Below, piece after piece: positions 1 to 9,367 of a stretch of DNA of 64,000 nt. This DNA is from Candidatus Rehaiarchaeum fermentans (GTDB taxonomy: Archaea; Nanobdellota; Nanobdellia; Parvarchaeales; Parvarchaeaceae): assembly GCA_025920435.1 (NCBI GenBank), contig JAPDLT010000001.1, positions 1,539 through 65,538 on the forward strand. Reading direction: 5' to 3'. Both the position numbers and the translations under genes were made by a program. Below the pieces are notes generated by a model. That model searched no databases. It saw only the letters and a list, made by a program, of their open reading frames with translations, and was not told the DNA's origin. Within the stretch, counting starts at the first letter, position 1. Every line of letters starts with the position of its first letter.

Positions 1-1
1 T

Positions 2-331
2 CATTATTCTTATGCCTTATCTAAGGATGATACTGTTATTTTTTCTTCTCAAACTATTCCTACAAAAGTAAATATTGCAAATAGGTCAATGCTTCAAAAT
101 GCAATAATGGATAGTGGGGCTAAAATATACGATAACGTTCATGTATCTGGCCATGGAAGTAGAGAAGACCATAAAAAAATGTTAGAATTAATAAGACCAA
201 AAATATACATACCAGCACATGGAGGAATAGAAAAGCAAGTAGAAGGAATAAAATTGGCACAAGAATTAAACTATAAATTAAACTTAAATACATTTTTAAT
301 AGGGGACAACGTACATTTTGATATAGAATAA
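2..331 (+). CDS. C-terminal fragment of a metallo-beta-lactamase/beta-CASP ribonuclease (RNase J / aCPSF-like); the gene continues upstream of the window
   Basis: The frame is open from window position 2. The translation ...VHVSGHGSREDHKKMLELIRPKIYIPAHGG... matches the conserved C-terminal His motifs of beta-CASP RNases. Confidence 0.5.
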   Translation, partial: HYSYALSKDDTVIFSSQTIPTKVNIANRSMLQNAIMDSGAKIYDNVHVSGHGSREDHKKMLELIRPKIYIPAHGGIEKQVEGIKLAQELNYKLNLNTFLIGDNVHFDIE

Positions 332-365
332 TAAATTTAAAGTTATAGTTTTTAATTATGTAAAT

Positions 366-2672
366 ATGGAAATCTCAAATGATTTGAATTATATTGAGGA
401 TTATATATTAAAGAAAAGGAAGAATCAAGCTTATGATATAGATCCAAATAATCCTAATTTTATTGTAATAGATACTGCCCCTCCTTATGTAGATGGAGAA
501 TTACACATGGGTCACGCATTAGAATATACGATAGATGATATTATTGCTAGGATTAAAAGATTAGAAAGCTACAATGTTATTTTTCCACTTGGTGTGGATA
601 GAAATGGATTACCAGTAGAAATACATGCAGAAAAAGAATTCGGTATTAGTATGGAAAAAACAAGTAGAGAAGAGTTTATAGAAAAATGTAAAATTCTCTT
701 GGATAAATCACAAGAAAAAGCAATTAATGATTGGAAAAGACTAGGAATTTCATTTAATCACTATGAATTTGGTAATGAGTTAGGTTACGCTTATCAAACT
801 GATTCTCCAGAATATCGAGCTTTAACTCAATCAATTTTTATATATTTATGGAATAAAGGACTTATTTACGAATCCGATAAAGTAATTAATTATTGTCCTG
901 TTTGCAGAACCGCGATTTCAAATAGTGAAGTAGAATATAAAACAAAAGAGACAGAATTAGTTTATTTTAAAGCAGGAGATTATTTAATTGCGACTACTCG
1001 TCCCGAACTTATATTTGCTTGTAGAGCAGTGGCTGTAAATCCTCACGACGAAAGATACAAAAATATAGAATACGTAGAAATGCCCCTGATAAATGAGAAG
1101 GTTAGAGTTATAAAAGATGAAATTATAGATCCTAATTTTGGTACTGGAATGATGATGGTTTGTTCTTATGGAGATAGAAATGATATCTTCTTGTTTAAAA
1201 AATATGGTTTAGATCAAAAAATAATCATTAATAAAGAAGGAAAAATGATAAATACAGGAATAGTAGATGGACTAACAATAGCTCAAGCAAGAGATAAGGT
1301 AATTCAGCTATTAAAAGATAAGGGTCTTTTAATTAAAACTGAAAAAATAATCACAGAAAAACCTACTTGCTGGCGTTCTAAAAATGAGATTGAATTCCTT
1401 CCCGAAAAAGAATTGTACTTAAGGCAAGTAGAGTTTAAAAATTTAATCTTAGAAAAGGCCAAAGATTGCTTAATAAAAGAAGATGTATCTAAAAACTTGT
1501 TTATAAATTGGGTAAACAATATTGACGAAGATTGGCCTATTTCTAGAACTCGATACTATGGAACTGAAGTCCCTCTGTGGAAATGTAAGAAATGCAATAA
1601 TTATTTAGTACCTCCTCCCGGAAAATATTATAAACCGTGGAAAGAAAAATTCTTTGAAAAATGTCCTTTTTGTGGAAGTGAGGAAATAGAAGGAGATACT
1701 AGAACTTTAGATACATGGATGGATTCTAGCAATACTCCATTTTTCATTAGTAAATATAATACTGAAATGTTCAAAAAATTATATCCAGTGTTCGTAAGAG
1801 TTCAAGGAAGAGATATCATAAGAACGTGGATGTACTTTACGATGCTTAAAGGAGTTTTACTTACAAATTCCTCTCCTATAAAGAATTGGTTAATTCACTT
1901 CTATGTTAATATAAATGGCGAAAAAATGTCAAAATCAAAAGGCAATGGAATTACATTAGAAAAGGCAATTGAAATGGCAGGAGGTGCTGATGTTTTAAGA
2001 CTTTGGGTTGTTAGTGGAGTGGATGTTTTTAAGAGTGATGTGGATTTTTCAACAAGAGACCCTAAAAACATGATAGCAGCAAAGAGGTTTATCAATAAAA
2101 TAATAAATTTAGCTAGATTTGTTTCTCAGTTTAAAGAAGTAGAAAAGAGTGAAAATGAATTTACAAAATTATTTGTTGATCACTTTAATTTTGTAAAGAA
2201 TAAAGTAATAGATCTTTACGATTCTTTTGAATTTTTTGAAGCCTTCAGAACACTTAAATCTTTCATTATAGATGTTTTCGCCGATCATTTAATTGAATTG
2301 TCTAAAAAATACGTATACTCCAATAATAATGCATTTATTTATGCAATTCACTATATTCTAAAGGATTCTTTATTGCTTCTTCATCCTATAATTCCTTTCA
2401 CTACAGATTATCTCTACGAAAAAATGTATAATAAAGACATAACAAAGGAAAAAATAACTAAGCATGATATTGCTAAAAATAATGAAGAAACAATCACAAA
2501 GATTATGAAAATAGATAGCTATATTTGGAATCTTAAGAAAAATAAAAAGATCGCACTAAATTTACCAATTAGCAAGGAGGAAATAAAGTTAAGTGAAGAT
2601 CTTATTCCAATATTTAATAAATATAAAGAGATATTTGTAAAGGGACACAATATTGAAGGATATGAAAGTTAA
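366..2672 (+). CDS. valS: valyl-tRNA synthetase (class I aaRS)
   Basis: A HMGH (HIGH-type) motif lies in IDTAPPYVDGELHMGHALEYT, with a KMSKS motif downstream. NVIFPLGVDRNGLPVE, CWRS and DTWMDSS blocks resemble ValRS rather than Ile/LeuRS. Length is 768 aa. Confidence 0.7.
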   Translation: MEISNDLNYIEDYILKKRKNQAYDIDPNNPNFIVIDTAPPYVDGELHMGHALEYTIDDIIARIKRLESYNVIFPLGVDRNGLPVEIHAEKEFGISMEKTSREEFIEKCKILLDKSQEKAINDWKRLGISFNHYEFGNELGYAYQTDSPEYRALTQSIFIYLWNKGLIYESDKVINYCPVCRTAISNSEVEYKTKETELVYFKAGDYLIATTRPELIFACRAVAVNPHDERYKNIEYVEMPLINEKVRVIKDEIIDPNFGTGMMMVCSYGDRNDIFLFKKYGLDQKIIINKEGKMINTGIVDGLTIAQARDKVIQLLKDKGLLIKTEKIITEKPTCWRSKNEIEFLPEKELYLRQVEFKNLILEKAKDCLIKEDVSKNLFINWVNNIDEDWPISRTRYYGTEVPLWKCKKCNNYLVPPPGKYYKPWKEKFFEKCPFCGSEEIEGDTRTLDTWMDSSNTPFFISKYNTEMFKKLYPVFVRVQGRDIIRTWMYFTMLKGVLLTNSSPIKNWLIHFYVNINGEKMSKSKGNGITLEKAIEMAGGADVLRLWVVSGVDVFKSDVDFSTRDPKNMIAAKRFINKIINLARFVSQFKEVEKSENEFTKLFVDHFNFVKNKVIDLYDSFEFFEAFRTLKSFIIDVFADHLIELSKKYVYSNNNAFIYAIHYILKDSLLLLHPIIPFTTDYLYEKMYNKDITKEKITKHDIAKNNEETITKIMKIDSYIWNLKKNKKIALNLPISKEEIKLSEDLIPIFNKYKEIFVKGHNIEGYES

Positions 2673-2862
2673 AATAAGAGACATTCAAATTGGTGAAAAA
2701 ACACTAGAATTAGAGAAGGGCGAAGTAGAGGAAATTATTTCGAAATTAGATTTAACAAATAACGGAGTTATACTAGTTAGAAATGGAGATATACTTACAA
2801 AAGATGATAAGATAAACGATGGAGACGTGATTGAATTAATTGAGGTTTATTCAGGTGGATAA
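2653..2862 (+). CDS. ThiS/MoaD-family ubiquitin-like small protein (SAMP/Urm1-like beta-grasp) ending in Gly-Gly
   Basis: The 69-aa protein ends with the C-terminal ...NDGDVIELIEVYSGG-stop that is typical of ThiS/MoaD/SAMP sulfur carriers. It overlaps the valS 3' end by 20 nt in another frame. Confidence 0.55.
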   Translation: MKDMKVKIRDIQIGEKTLELEKGEVEEIISKLDLTNNGVILVRNGDILTKDDKINDGDVIELIEVYSGG

Positions 2863-2902
2863 AAAATAAATTTTATCATCTGAAATTTTATTAATTTATG
2901 TT

Positions 2903-2974
2903 GGGCTCGTGGCTTAATGGTAGAGCGTCCCCCTTGCACGGGGAAGGCTGAGGGTTCGAATCCCTCCGAGTCCA
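2903..2974 (+). tRNA. tRNA-Ala (anticodon TGC)
   Basis: The cloverleaf folds by eye with acceptor GGGCTCG/CGAGTCC, a G3:U70 alanine identity pair, anticodon loop CTTGCAC, T-arm GAGGG-TTCGAAT-CCCTC and discriminator A. Confidence 0.85.
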
Positions 2975-3018
2975 ATTTTTAGTTAATTTTGCGATTTATA
3001 ACCTCACATCTATTTTTA

Positions 3019-3705
3019 TTAATTTAATTTAACTTGTTCTATTGCTATTTCAGAAAAGCATTCTTCTCTATATATGCATGTTTTACACATCCATGATTTT
3101 TCATTATCAAAATAAAATTCGGCAGGAGGGAGTTTTTCCTCCATTAAATAACTGTTTAATTTTTCATATCTTTTAACGATGTTTTCATATATAGTTTCAT
3201 TAAAGCTTACGCTGAATTGTTTTATTTTCAAGTTACTCTTTTCAATGTAAACGATTATTCCTTTATTTGCATTAATTCCTTTCATATAAAGCATAGTTTG
3301 CCATATGTGACTTTCTTCAGGTTCAGATATCTTTGATATGTCTGAAGAACTTTTTAATTCTATTATTATTAATTCATTACTAAATGTTTTAATAACTATG
3401 TCCGCTCTTCCCTTTATTTTATAGGAATTTAAAGATATTTCTAAGGGATATTCAAAGTACAATTCTTTAAAATCTCCATATATTTTATTATAATTTGCAA
3501 ACGCTTCCTTTACTAAATCATGTACTTTATTTCCTAAAGCGTATATCTTAAGTTTTTCTTCTTTTTCTTCCTTTGGAAATTTATATGAATAATAAAGGTA
3601 ACGCAAGCATTGGCCTGCATCACTTGCAGAAAATACACTTTTATCACGAACCAGTGGGATTCTTCCTATTCCTTTTTTTATCACTTTATCCACATCTATT
3701 TCCAT
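3019..3705 (-). CDS. Cas4/RecB-family PD-(D/E)xK nuclease with C-terminal Fe-S cluster cysteines (standalone, no CRISPR nearby)
   Basis: Motifs are GRADIV (D), IIIELKSS (E-x-K) and WQTMLYMKG (QxxxY). There is one N-terminal Cys (GQCLRY) plus a C-terminal CKTCIYREEC triad, the Cas4-type 1+3 Cys arrangement. Confidence 0.55.
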   Translation of the reverse strand: MEIDVDKVIKKGIGRIPLVRDKSVFSASDAGQCLRYLYYSYKFPKEEKEEKLKIYALGNKVHDLVKEAFANYNKIYGDFKELYFEYPLEISLNSYKIKGRADIVIKTFSNELIIIELKSSSDISKISEPEESHIWQTMLYMKGINANKGIIVYIEKSNLKIKQFSVSFNETIYENIVKRYEKLNSYLMEEKLPPAEFYFDNEKSWMCKTCIYREECFSEIAIEQVKLN

Positions 3706-3736
3706 AAATCTTTAAAGATTAGAAAATAATTTATTT

Positions 3737-4399
3737 ATGAAAATAAGTACTTTTATTGCACTTTTATTCATAATAGTTTTTATACTTATATTCTTGCTCG
3801 TTTATATAGGCCTATCTTTTAATTTTGATAAAAATGCATTTGTTTCAATTGTTTCGAATAGAATTTCCTTTTTAAACCCTTTAATGAAGTACGCAAGCTT
3901 GTATGGAAGAGAATATATTTGGATACCTATAGTTTTACTTTATTGGATTTTTGGAAATAAAGAAAGAAAGAAAATTGCCTTTCTTCTTGTTATTTCATTT
4001 ATTTTTATTATAATAGTAGGTCTTTCATTCAAGCATTTTTATTTTAGAGAAAGACCCTTCTTAGTTTTACAGAATATAAGTACTTTAGTTCCTAAGCCAT
4101 TAGATTCCTCTTTTCCATCTGGTCATGCATTAATTGTTATTGGTGGAGCTACGATCTTAATTTTGCTAGAAAGAAGAAAAATAATTTGGATTCCTTTACT
4201 TATAGAAGCTCTTATAGTGAGCTTTTCACGAATTTATGTAGGAGTTCACTGGCCTACAGATGTAATTGCAGGCGCTTTACTAGGTTCTGCAATAAGTATA
4301 TTAGTAGTTAATTATCTTTACAATAATAGATTTACTAACAAAATATTTGATTTTCTCCTTAATTCATGGAATTTTGTGCTAGAAAAGCTTAGGATTTAA
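3737..4399 (+). CDS. PAP2-family membrane phosphatase (undecaprenyl/dolichyl-diphosphate phosphatase-like)
   Basis: The tripartite PAP2 signature is present: K-x6-RP (YFRERPF), PSGH (SFPSGHA) and SR-x5-H-x3-D (SRIYVGVHWPTDV). The protein is polytopic. Confidence 0.75.
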   Translation: MKISTFIALLFIIVFILIFLLVYIGLSFNFDKNAFVSIVSNRISFLNPLMKYASLYGREYIWIPIVLLYWIFGNKERKKIAFLLVISFIFIIIVGLSFKHFYFRERPFLVLQNISTLVPKPLDSSFPSGHALIVIGGATILILLERRKIIWIPLLIEALIVSFSRIYVGVHWPTDVIAGALLGSAISILVVNYLYNNRFTNKIFDFLLNSWNFVLEKLRI

Positions 4400-4787
4400 A
4401 CTCTTTTTTAAATCTCTCATATAGTTTGAAAGGATCTTCAAATGCGTCTTCCTTTCTAACAAATACAGTAAATTCTTTGGTATGATGCAATACTTCTGCA
4501 GGACATATTTGAGAACATAACCCACAACTTATGCACTTATTAAAGTCAATAGAAGGAGCTTCATTTCTTGCATTTCTATTAAATTTATAATTTAATTTTG
4601 TCATTGCTATTGCATCTGCAGGACATATTTTATAACACAATTCGCATCCAATACATCCAGGCAAGTCTAGAGAAAGTAACCCTCTAGACTTTTCTTTTGT
4701 TTCAAATTCTTTCTTTGGAAATTCTTCAGTTACTGGTTTTTCAAAAATATTCTTTATTCCTTCTAAAAATTCTTTCAAATCATCCAT
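4389..4787 (-). CDS. nuoI: NADH-quinone oxidoreductase subunit I (2x[4Fe-4S] ferredoxin-type)
   Basis: Two CxxCxxCxxxCP motifs are present (CIGCELCYKICP and CISCGLCSQICP). It is the last gene of the nuo cluster. Confidence 0.8.
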   Translation of the reverse strand: MDDLKEFLEGIKNIFEKPVTEEFPKKEFETKEKSRGLLSLDLPGCIGCELCYKICPADAIAMTKLNYKFNRNARNEAPSIDFNKCISCGLCSQICPAEVLHHTKEFTVFVRKEDAFEDPFKLYERFKKEFKS

Positions 4788-5749
4788 ATTATAATTGCAT
4801 TCAATATTGTTAAAGGAAATATGTATTTCCAGGAAAAGTTTATAAGTTGGTCAATCCTTGGTCGAGGATAAAGCCATCTTAATAAGATCAAAATAAAGAA
4901 AATGATGAAAGTTTTAATCCAAAATATTATAAATGAAAGAATTCCACTTCCAGCTCCTCCTAAAAAGAGTATTGAAAAAATCATACTTGCTATAAATGCA
5001 AGCGAATAATCTCCAAGCAAAGGTAATCCGTAAACTAATCCAGAATATTCTATTCTCCATCCTCCTATTAATTCTTGTTCAGCATTTGTTACATCTAAAG
5101 GACCCCGATCTATCATAGAAATTATGCCGATAAGAAATGATATTGCTATTAAAGGATAATAAATTATATTTACTGAATTAATGTTCTGAAATGAGAAAGA
5201 ACTTCTGTAACCTATCATAAATATTGATAAAAGAACTATTCCTTCAAATGCGAATGTTTTTACTCCTTCTCTATAAGCACTTATCGAAGCAAATTTATTA
5301 CCAGAAAATATTCCTCCTAAAATAGCAATTAATCCTAAATAAGAAAACAGTATAAATGTCAACAATAAATTATCACTTACATTTAGTATTGCTAGATTTT
5401 TGTTACCTAAAGGAACTATTAAAAACAATAAAAGAACTACAGTTCCATAAAGTATTGAAGGTAATAAAAAGAGCTTATCTGCATTTTCATTTCTTATTAT
5501 TTCCTTTCCAAGCATCTTTATTGCATCAAATAGATTTTGTAGTAATCCAAATTTTCCTGCAAAAATAGGTCCTCTTCTTGATTGTATTCTTGCTGCAACT
5601 TTCCTTTCAATCCATCCACTTACAAATAGAGGAACTAAAGCAGTTATAATTAAAGCTATTATTAAAGTTAATATAATTGAAATAGGCAATGAAAGATATC
5701 CAAATCCATTGCTTAAAATATATTTGTAAATTATATCGAATATGCTCAT
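4775..5749 (-). CDS. nuoH: NADH-quinone oxidoreductase subunit H (membrane)
   Basis: The NuoH/ND1 signature ERKVAARIQSRRGPI...GLLQ..AD..KL..KE is present. The protein is polytopic. Confidence 0.85.
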   Translation of the reverse strand: MSIFDIIYKYILSNGFGYLSLPISIILTLIIALIITALVPLFVSGWIERKVAARIQSRRGPIFAGKFGLLQNLFDAIKMLGKEIIRNENADKLFLLPSILYGTVVLLLFLIVPLGNKNLAILNVSDNLLLTFILFSYLGLIAILGGIFSGNKFASISAYREGVKTFAFEGIVLLSIFMIGYRSSFSFQNINSVNIIYYPLIAISFLIGIISMIDRGPLDVTNAEQELIGGWRIEYSGLVYGLPLLGDYSLAFIASMIFSILFLGGAGSGILSFIIFWIKTFIIFFILILLRWLYPRPRIDQLINFSWKYIFPLTILNAIIIWMI

Positions 5750-5750
5750 A

Positions 5751-6842
5751 TTACCTATCTATTTCACCCATTACAGGATCTAGACTTGCCAATATTGGAT
5801 AAAAATTAGCTATTTTTTCTCCTTCAAGTATTTTTTCCATCGCTTTTATCGCAAAAAATGATGCACTCCTTATTTTTAATCGATAAGCCCTTTCACTTCC
5901 ATCACTTACTAAAATCATTCCTATTTCTCCTCTGGGGGTTTCTTGTATTTCTATAGTATAAGCTGGAGGTATCTTTATTATCCAGGGCATCTTTATAAGA
6001 TAATCTCCTTTCGGAATGTTTTTCGTTGCTTCTTTTATTATTTTTATTGATTCTTTTATCTCTTCCATTCTTACTAAACATCTTGCATATGCATCTCCTT
6101 CATCAAATACAGGAACTTTAAAGTCTAATTTGTCATAAATTAAGTAAGGATTTAGCTTTCTATAGTCTCTATTTATTCCAGAAGCTCTTGCATTAGGTCC
6201 TGTTACTCCTAAATTAATTGCATCTTCTTTTTTAAGTATACCTACTCCTTTAGTTCTTGCTTTAAATATTGAATTTTTAATTATTGCGTATTCGTGCACT
6301 TCTTTTATTTTGTATTCTAATTTTTCCATTGCTTCAATTATTTTATTTTCTATGCCTTCTTTGAAGTCGAAGAAAACACCTCCCGGTCTTATATAAACTG
6401 GAGCGAGTCTTCCCCCGCTTATTTCTTCAATTATGTCCATCAAGAGTTCTCTTTCTCTTAGTGCCCAAAAGAACTCGCTTATTAATCCTAGATCTTCTCC
6501 AAACGCAGCTAGGAAAACTAAGTGATTCATTATTCTTCCAAATTCAGCCATTATTGTCCTTATATACTTTGCCCTTTCACTGATCTGTATATTTAGGGCT
6601 TTCTCTATTAAAGAAGAGTACAATAATTCCATATTTAACGCAGAAACATATTCTATTTTATCTACGAAAGGTAGATAGCTCATATAAGTAACATCTTCTG
6701 CTGCTTTCTCCTTTCCTCTATGAAGAAATCCTATTTCTGCTTCCGCCTTCTTAATTGTATCTCCTTCTATAGTTAGCTTAAACTTTAAAACTCCGTGAGT
6801 GCTAGGATGAGCAGGTCCTACATTTATTTCGAAACCATTCAT
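5751..6842 (-). CDS. nuoD: NADH-quinone oxidoreductase subunit D (49 kDa)
   Basis: It starts MNGFEINVGPAHPSTHGVLK, the typical NuoD N-terminus. Length is 363 aa. Confidence 0.85.
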   Translation of the reverse strand: MNGFEINVGPAHPSTHGVLKFKLTIEGDTIKKAEAEIGFLHRGKEKAAEDVTYMSYLPFVDKIEYVSALNMELLYSSLIEKALNIQISERAKYIRTIMAEFGRIMNHLVFLAAFGEDLGLISEFFWALRERELLMDIIEEISGGRLAPVYIRPGGVFFDFKEGIENKIIEAMEKLEYKIKEVHEYAIIKNSIFKARTKGVGILKKEDAINLGVTGPNARASGINRDYRKLNPYLIYDKLDFKVPVFDEGDAYARCLVRMEEIKESIKIIKEATKNIPKGDYLIKMPWIIKIPPAYTIEIQETPRGEIGMILVSDGSERAYRLKIRSASFFAIKAMEKILEGEKIANFYPILASLDPVMGEIDR

Positions 6843-6843
6843 T

Positions 6844-7245
6844 TTACCATCTTAAATCTGTTCCTGTCCAATTTCTTATTTCATCATTTATTACAAAGTC
6901 CTTCCTAAGAGGATAGCCAAAAGGCCAGTCTTCTGGCAATAGTATTCTTTTTAAGTTTTTATGTCCAGTGAAGATTATTCCAAACATGTCATAAGCTTCT
7001 CTTTCTTCATAGTCCGCTGCAGGAAAAATATCTGAAATTGAATCTATCTTAGGATCATTTCTTAAAATAAAAGTTTTCAAGTTTATAAGATCTGCATTTT
7101 CTTTGTTTTCAAACAAATAATTTAATTCGAATTTACCTTCATTTATTCTATCAACAACTATTATGGAAAATAAAAAGTATTTATCTTTTAATTCTTCAGC
7201 TTCTTTTCTTAATTCTTCACTTTTAATTTCTTTGTAATTTATCAT
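6844..7245 (-). CDS. nuoC: NADH-quinone oxidoreductase subunit C (30 kDa, short archaeal form)
   Basis: The motif EAYDMFGIIFTGH...LLPEDWPFGYPLRKD matches NuoC. Confidence 0.7.
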   Translation of the reverse strand: MINYKEIKSEELRKEAEELKDKYFLFSIIVVDRINEGKFELNYLFENKENADLINLKTFILRNDPKIDSISDIFPAADYEEREAYDMFGIIFTGHKNLKRILLPEDWPFGYPLRKDFVINDEIRNWTGTDLRW

Positions 7246-7772
7246 ATGTACCCTTTATATCTTTCTATTTTATCATTCTTAATTAATTCTTGAAGTTTTA
7301 GGCCTGCTTCAAGAAATTGCTCAGGTCGTGGAGGACATCCATGTATATAAACATCTACCGGCAATATTTTATCAATTCCTAATAAAACACTATAACTATG
7401 ATGATAAAGTCCTCCACTTATAGTACATGCTCCTACAGCAATTACATACTTAGGATTTGGCATTTGATTGTATAATACTAATAATCTGTTTGCCATTTTC
7501 TTAGTTATTGTTCCAGAAACAAATATTGCATCCGCATATCTTGGAGAATCTGCTATAAAGAGTATTCCTGCTCTATCTGGATCCGTTTTTGATGCACCAA
7601 AACTCATCATTTCGATACCACAACATGAAGTGGCAAAAGTAAGAGGCCAAAGCGATTTGGATCTTCCCTTTTTTATTAACCAATGTGCTAGTTCTTTAGC
7701 TTTTGTTAGTAAAAATCCGCCTTCTAATTTAGAAAAATCTTCAAAAGTTATTTCTTTCATAAATAAGACCAA
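7242..7772 (-). CDS. nuoB: NADH-quinone oxidoreductase subunit B (20 kDa, Fe-S N2)
   Basis: It carries the CCGIEMM, GACTISGG and HGCPPRPE cysteine motifs of NuoB. Confidence 0.85.
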   Translation of the reverse strand: MVLFMKEITFEDFSKLEGGFLLTKAKELAHWLIKKGRSKSLWPLTFATSCCGIEMMSFGASKTDPDRAGILFIADSPRYADAIFVSGTITKKMANRLLVLYNQMPNPKYVIAVGACTISGGLYHHSYSVLLGIDKILPVDVYIHGCPPRPEQFLEAGLKLQELIKNDKIERYKGYI

Positions 7773-8052
7773 CTAATAAACCTATTAAAACAGTTATTAT
7801 CGAATAAATAAAAAATTTACTAAATAGTAAAAGTAAAGCTATCGATACTTCTATTATTAGTCCAACTGATACAATGTAGTAGTATTGAAACCCTATTGTT
7901 AACGGATTTCCTACTGATCTTTCTCCACTTTCAATTCTTTTTAATTTATAACGCTCTTTTGTATGAATAGAAATTAAATCCTCGACTTTTATTGCTAAAT
8001 ACCAAATAAAAGGAACAATTATTGCAATAATTAGAAATACCTGATCATCCAT
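7741..8052 (-). CDS. nuoA: NADH-quinone oxidoreductase subunit A (small membrane subunit)
   Basis: It is a 103-aa three-TM protein directly upstream of nuoB, with a conserved ESGE loop. Position and size fit NuoA. Confidence 0.55.
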   Translation of the reverse strand: MDDQVFLIIAIIVPFIWYLAIKVEDLISIHTKERYKLKRIESGERSVGNPLTIGFQYYYIVSVGLIIEVSIALLLLFSKFFIYSIITVLIGLLVGLIYERNNF

Positions 8053-8141
8053 TTAAATTTTAATTATTAAAACTTTAAACAATTTTTGATGTTTTTTCTT
8101 TTACAAAAAAGTTTATATAATACTTATGTGAAAAGTATAGT

Positions 8142-8882
8142 ATGAACAAAAAGCAGGTCAGTTATTTAGTAGGTTTGATTTTAGTACTAACGATCTTAAT
8201 CTCATTAGGAGTTTTTACATCATATGCATATCCTTCTTCAATTGCTACTGCAAAGACATACTCGCCTTATATCGATAGCTATTCACTTCTTGCTTCAAAT
8301 ACTTCTTCTTATAATTTCAACGTAAATTTCACTCAGATAGATAATGATCTAGCAAGTATATTTCCAGTTCCGTCAGGAACGAATCCATTATTCTTCTGGT
8401 TATTCGTTGCACTAGTTGCAGTAATAGTTAATGCGGTTCTAGCTTTTGTTCCTCCTTTAAAAGAAGATAAATACAAAACATCGAGAATGATAGTTGCTTT
8501 AATAATTGCTATATTTGCAGCGGAAGTAGGAATTTCAACAAAAATAATAGAGCTGACGAGTGTGGTTTTCGGGTTACTGGTTGTTACTCTATTGATGATT
8601 TTAGTTATATCTTACATGGCAACAGGAGGATCGGGTAAGACCTCTGGAGCTTCAATAATAGCTATAATAGTTTTCATATTGTTTGTTGCAGCTGCCCTTA
8701 TAATAGGCGGAATAATGGGAAACGTATCCTTGAATCATTCCTTGCCACACTTCGTTATTTCGCCTACTCTGGCTTTTGCACTAGGATTTATTGCATTACT
8801 TCTAATTGCTGGAGGAGGTAGGACGACTAAGATATTTGGAATAGCGTTAATAATTATTGCTGTAGTTTTATCAATAGTCTAA
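8142..8882 (+). CDS. hypothetical polytopic membrane protein
   Basis: The 246-aa protein has an N-terminal TM, a short extracellular segment with N-x-S/T sequons, then multiple TM helices. It sits divergent from the nuo promoter. Confidence 0.4.
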   Translation: MNKKQVSYLVGLILVLTILISLGVFTSYAYPSSIATAKTYSPYIDSYSLLASNTSSYNFNVNFTQIDNDLASIFPVPSGTNPLFFWLFVALVAVIVNAVLAFVPPLKEDKYKTSRMIVALIIAIFAAEVGISTKIIELTSVVFGLLVVTLLMILVISYMATGGSGKTSGASIIAIIVFILFVAAALIIGGIMGNVSLNHSLPHFVISPTLAFALGFIALLLIAGGGRTTKIFGIALIIIAVVLSIV

Positions 8883-9367
8883 TGGGTTTTCTTATTAACG
8901 GAGAAGTTGAAGCTGTTGTTTTTATATTAATTTTTGCAATAGCTTATGGTATTCTCAGTAGAATAAAACTGTTTGAAGAAGCATCAGTTAATGCATTAAT
9001 AGCTTTAGCTTTAGGTATTTTGGTAGTATTTAGTACTCCAGTAGTTATTGTCATTGAGCATTTTGTTCCATACATTGCACTATACATACTAATTGTATTC
9101 TTTATAATATTCATTTTAGTTTCTGCATTTGTACCTTCTAAAAATTTGGAAGATTATATGTCGCATAGTAGTCTGTTTGTAGGAATAACTATTGCAATAA
9201 TATTTTTCATTTTTATCTTTGCATTCACAAGCATATTGCCTTCTTCAAGCTCATCTTCAGGTCTTTCTCTTCAAATAAATACTCAATTTATAGAAACTGT
9301 AATCGCCTTTATAGTAATGATAGGTGTTGTTTATTATGTAACAAGAAAACCAGTTAACGAGAAGTAA
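8882..9367 (+). CDS. hypothetical polytopic membrane protein
   Basis: The 161-aa protein is very hydrophobic. Its start overlaps the stop of the upstream ORF (TAATG). Confidence 0.35.
   Translation: MGFLINGEVEAVVFILIFAIAYGILSRIKLFEEASVNALIALALGILVVFSTPVVIVIEHFVPYIALYILIVFFIIFILVSAFVPSKNLEDYMSHSSLFVGITIAIIFFIFIFAFTSILPSSSSSSGLSLQINTQFIETVIAFIVMIGVVYYVTRKPVNEK

Noticed and set aside
2862-3019. tRNA-Ala followed by an AT-rich gap, considered as a possible integration site for a mobile element
   Set aside because: There is no integrase, no direct repeat of the tRNA 3' end downstream, and the flanking genes are core metabolic (nuo, valS). There is no evidence of an integrated element.
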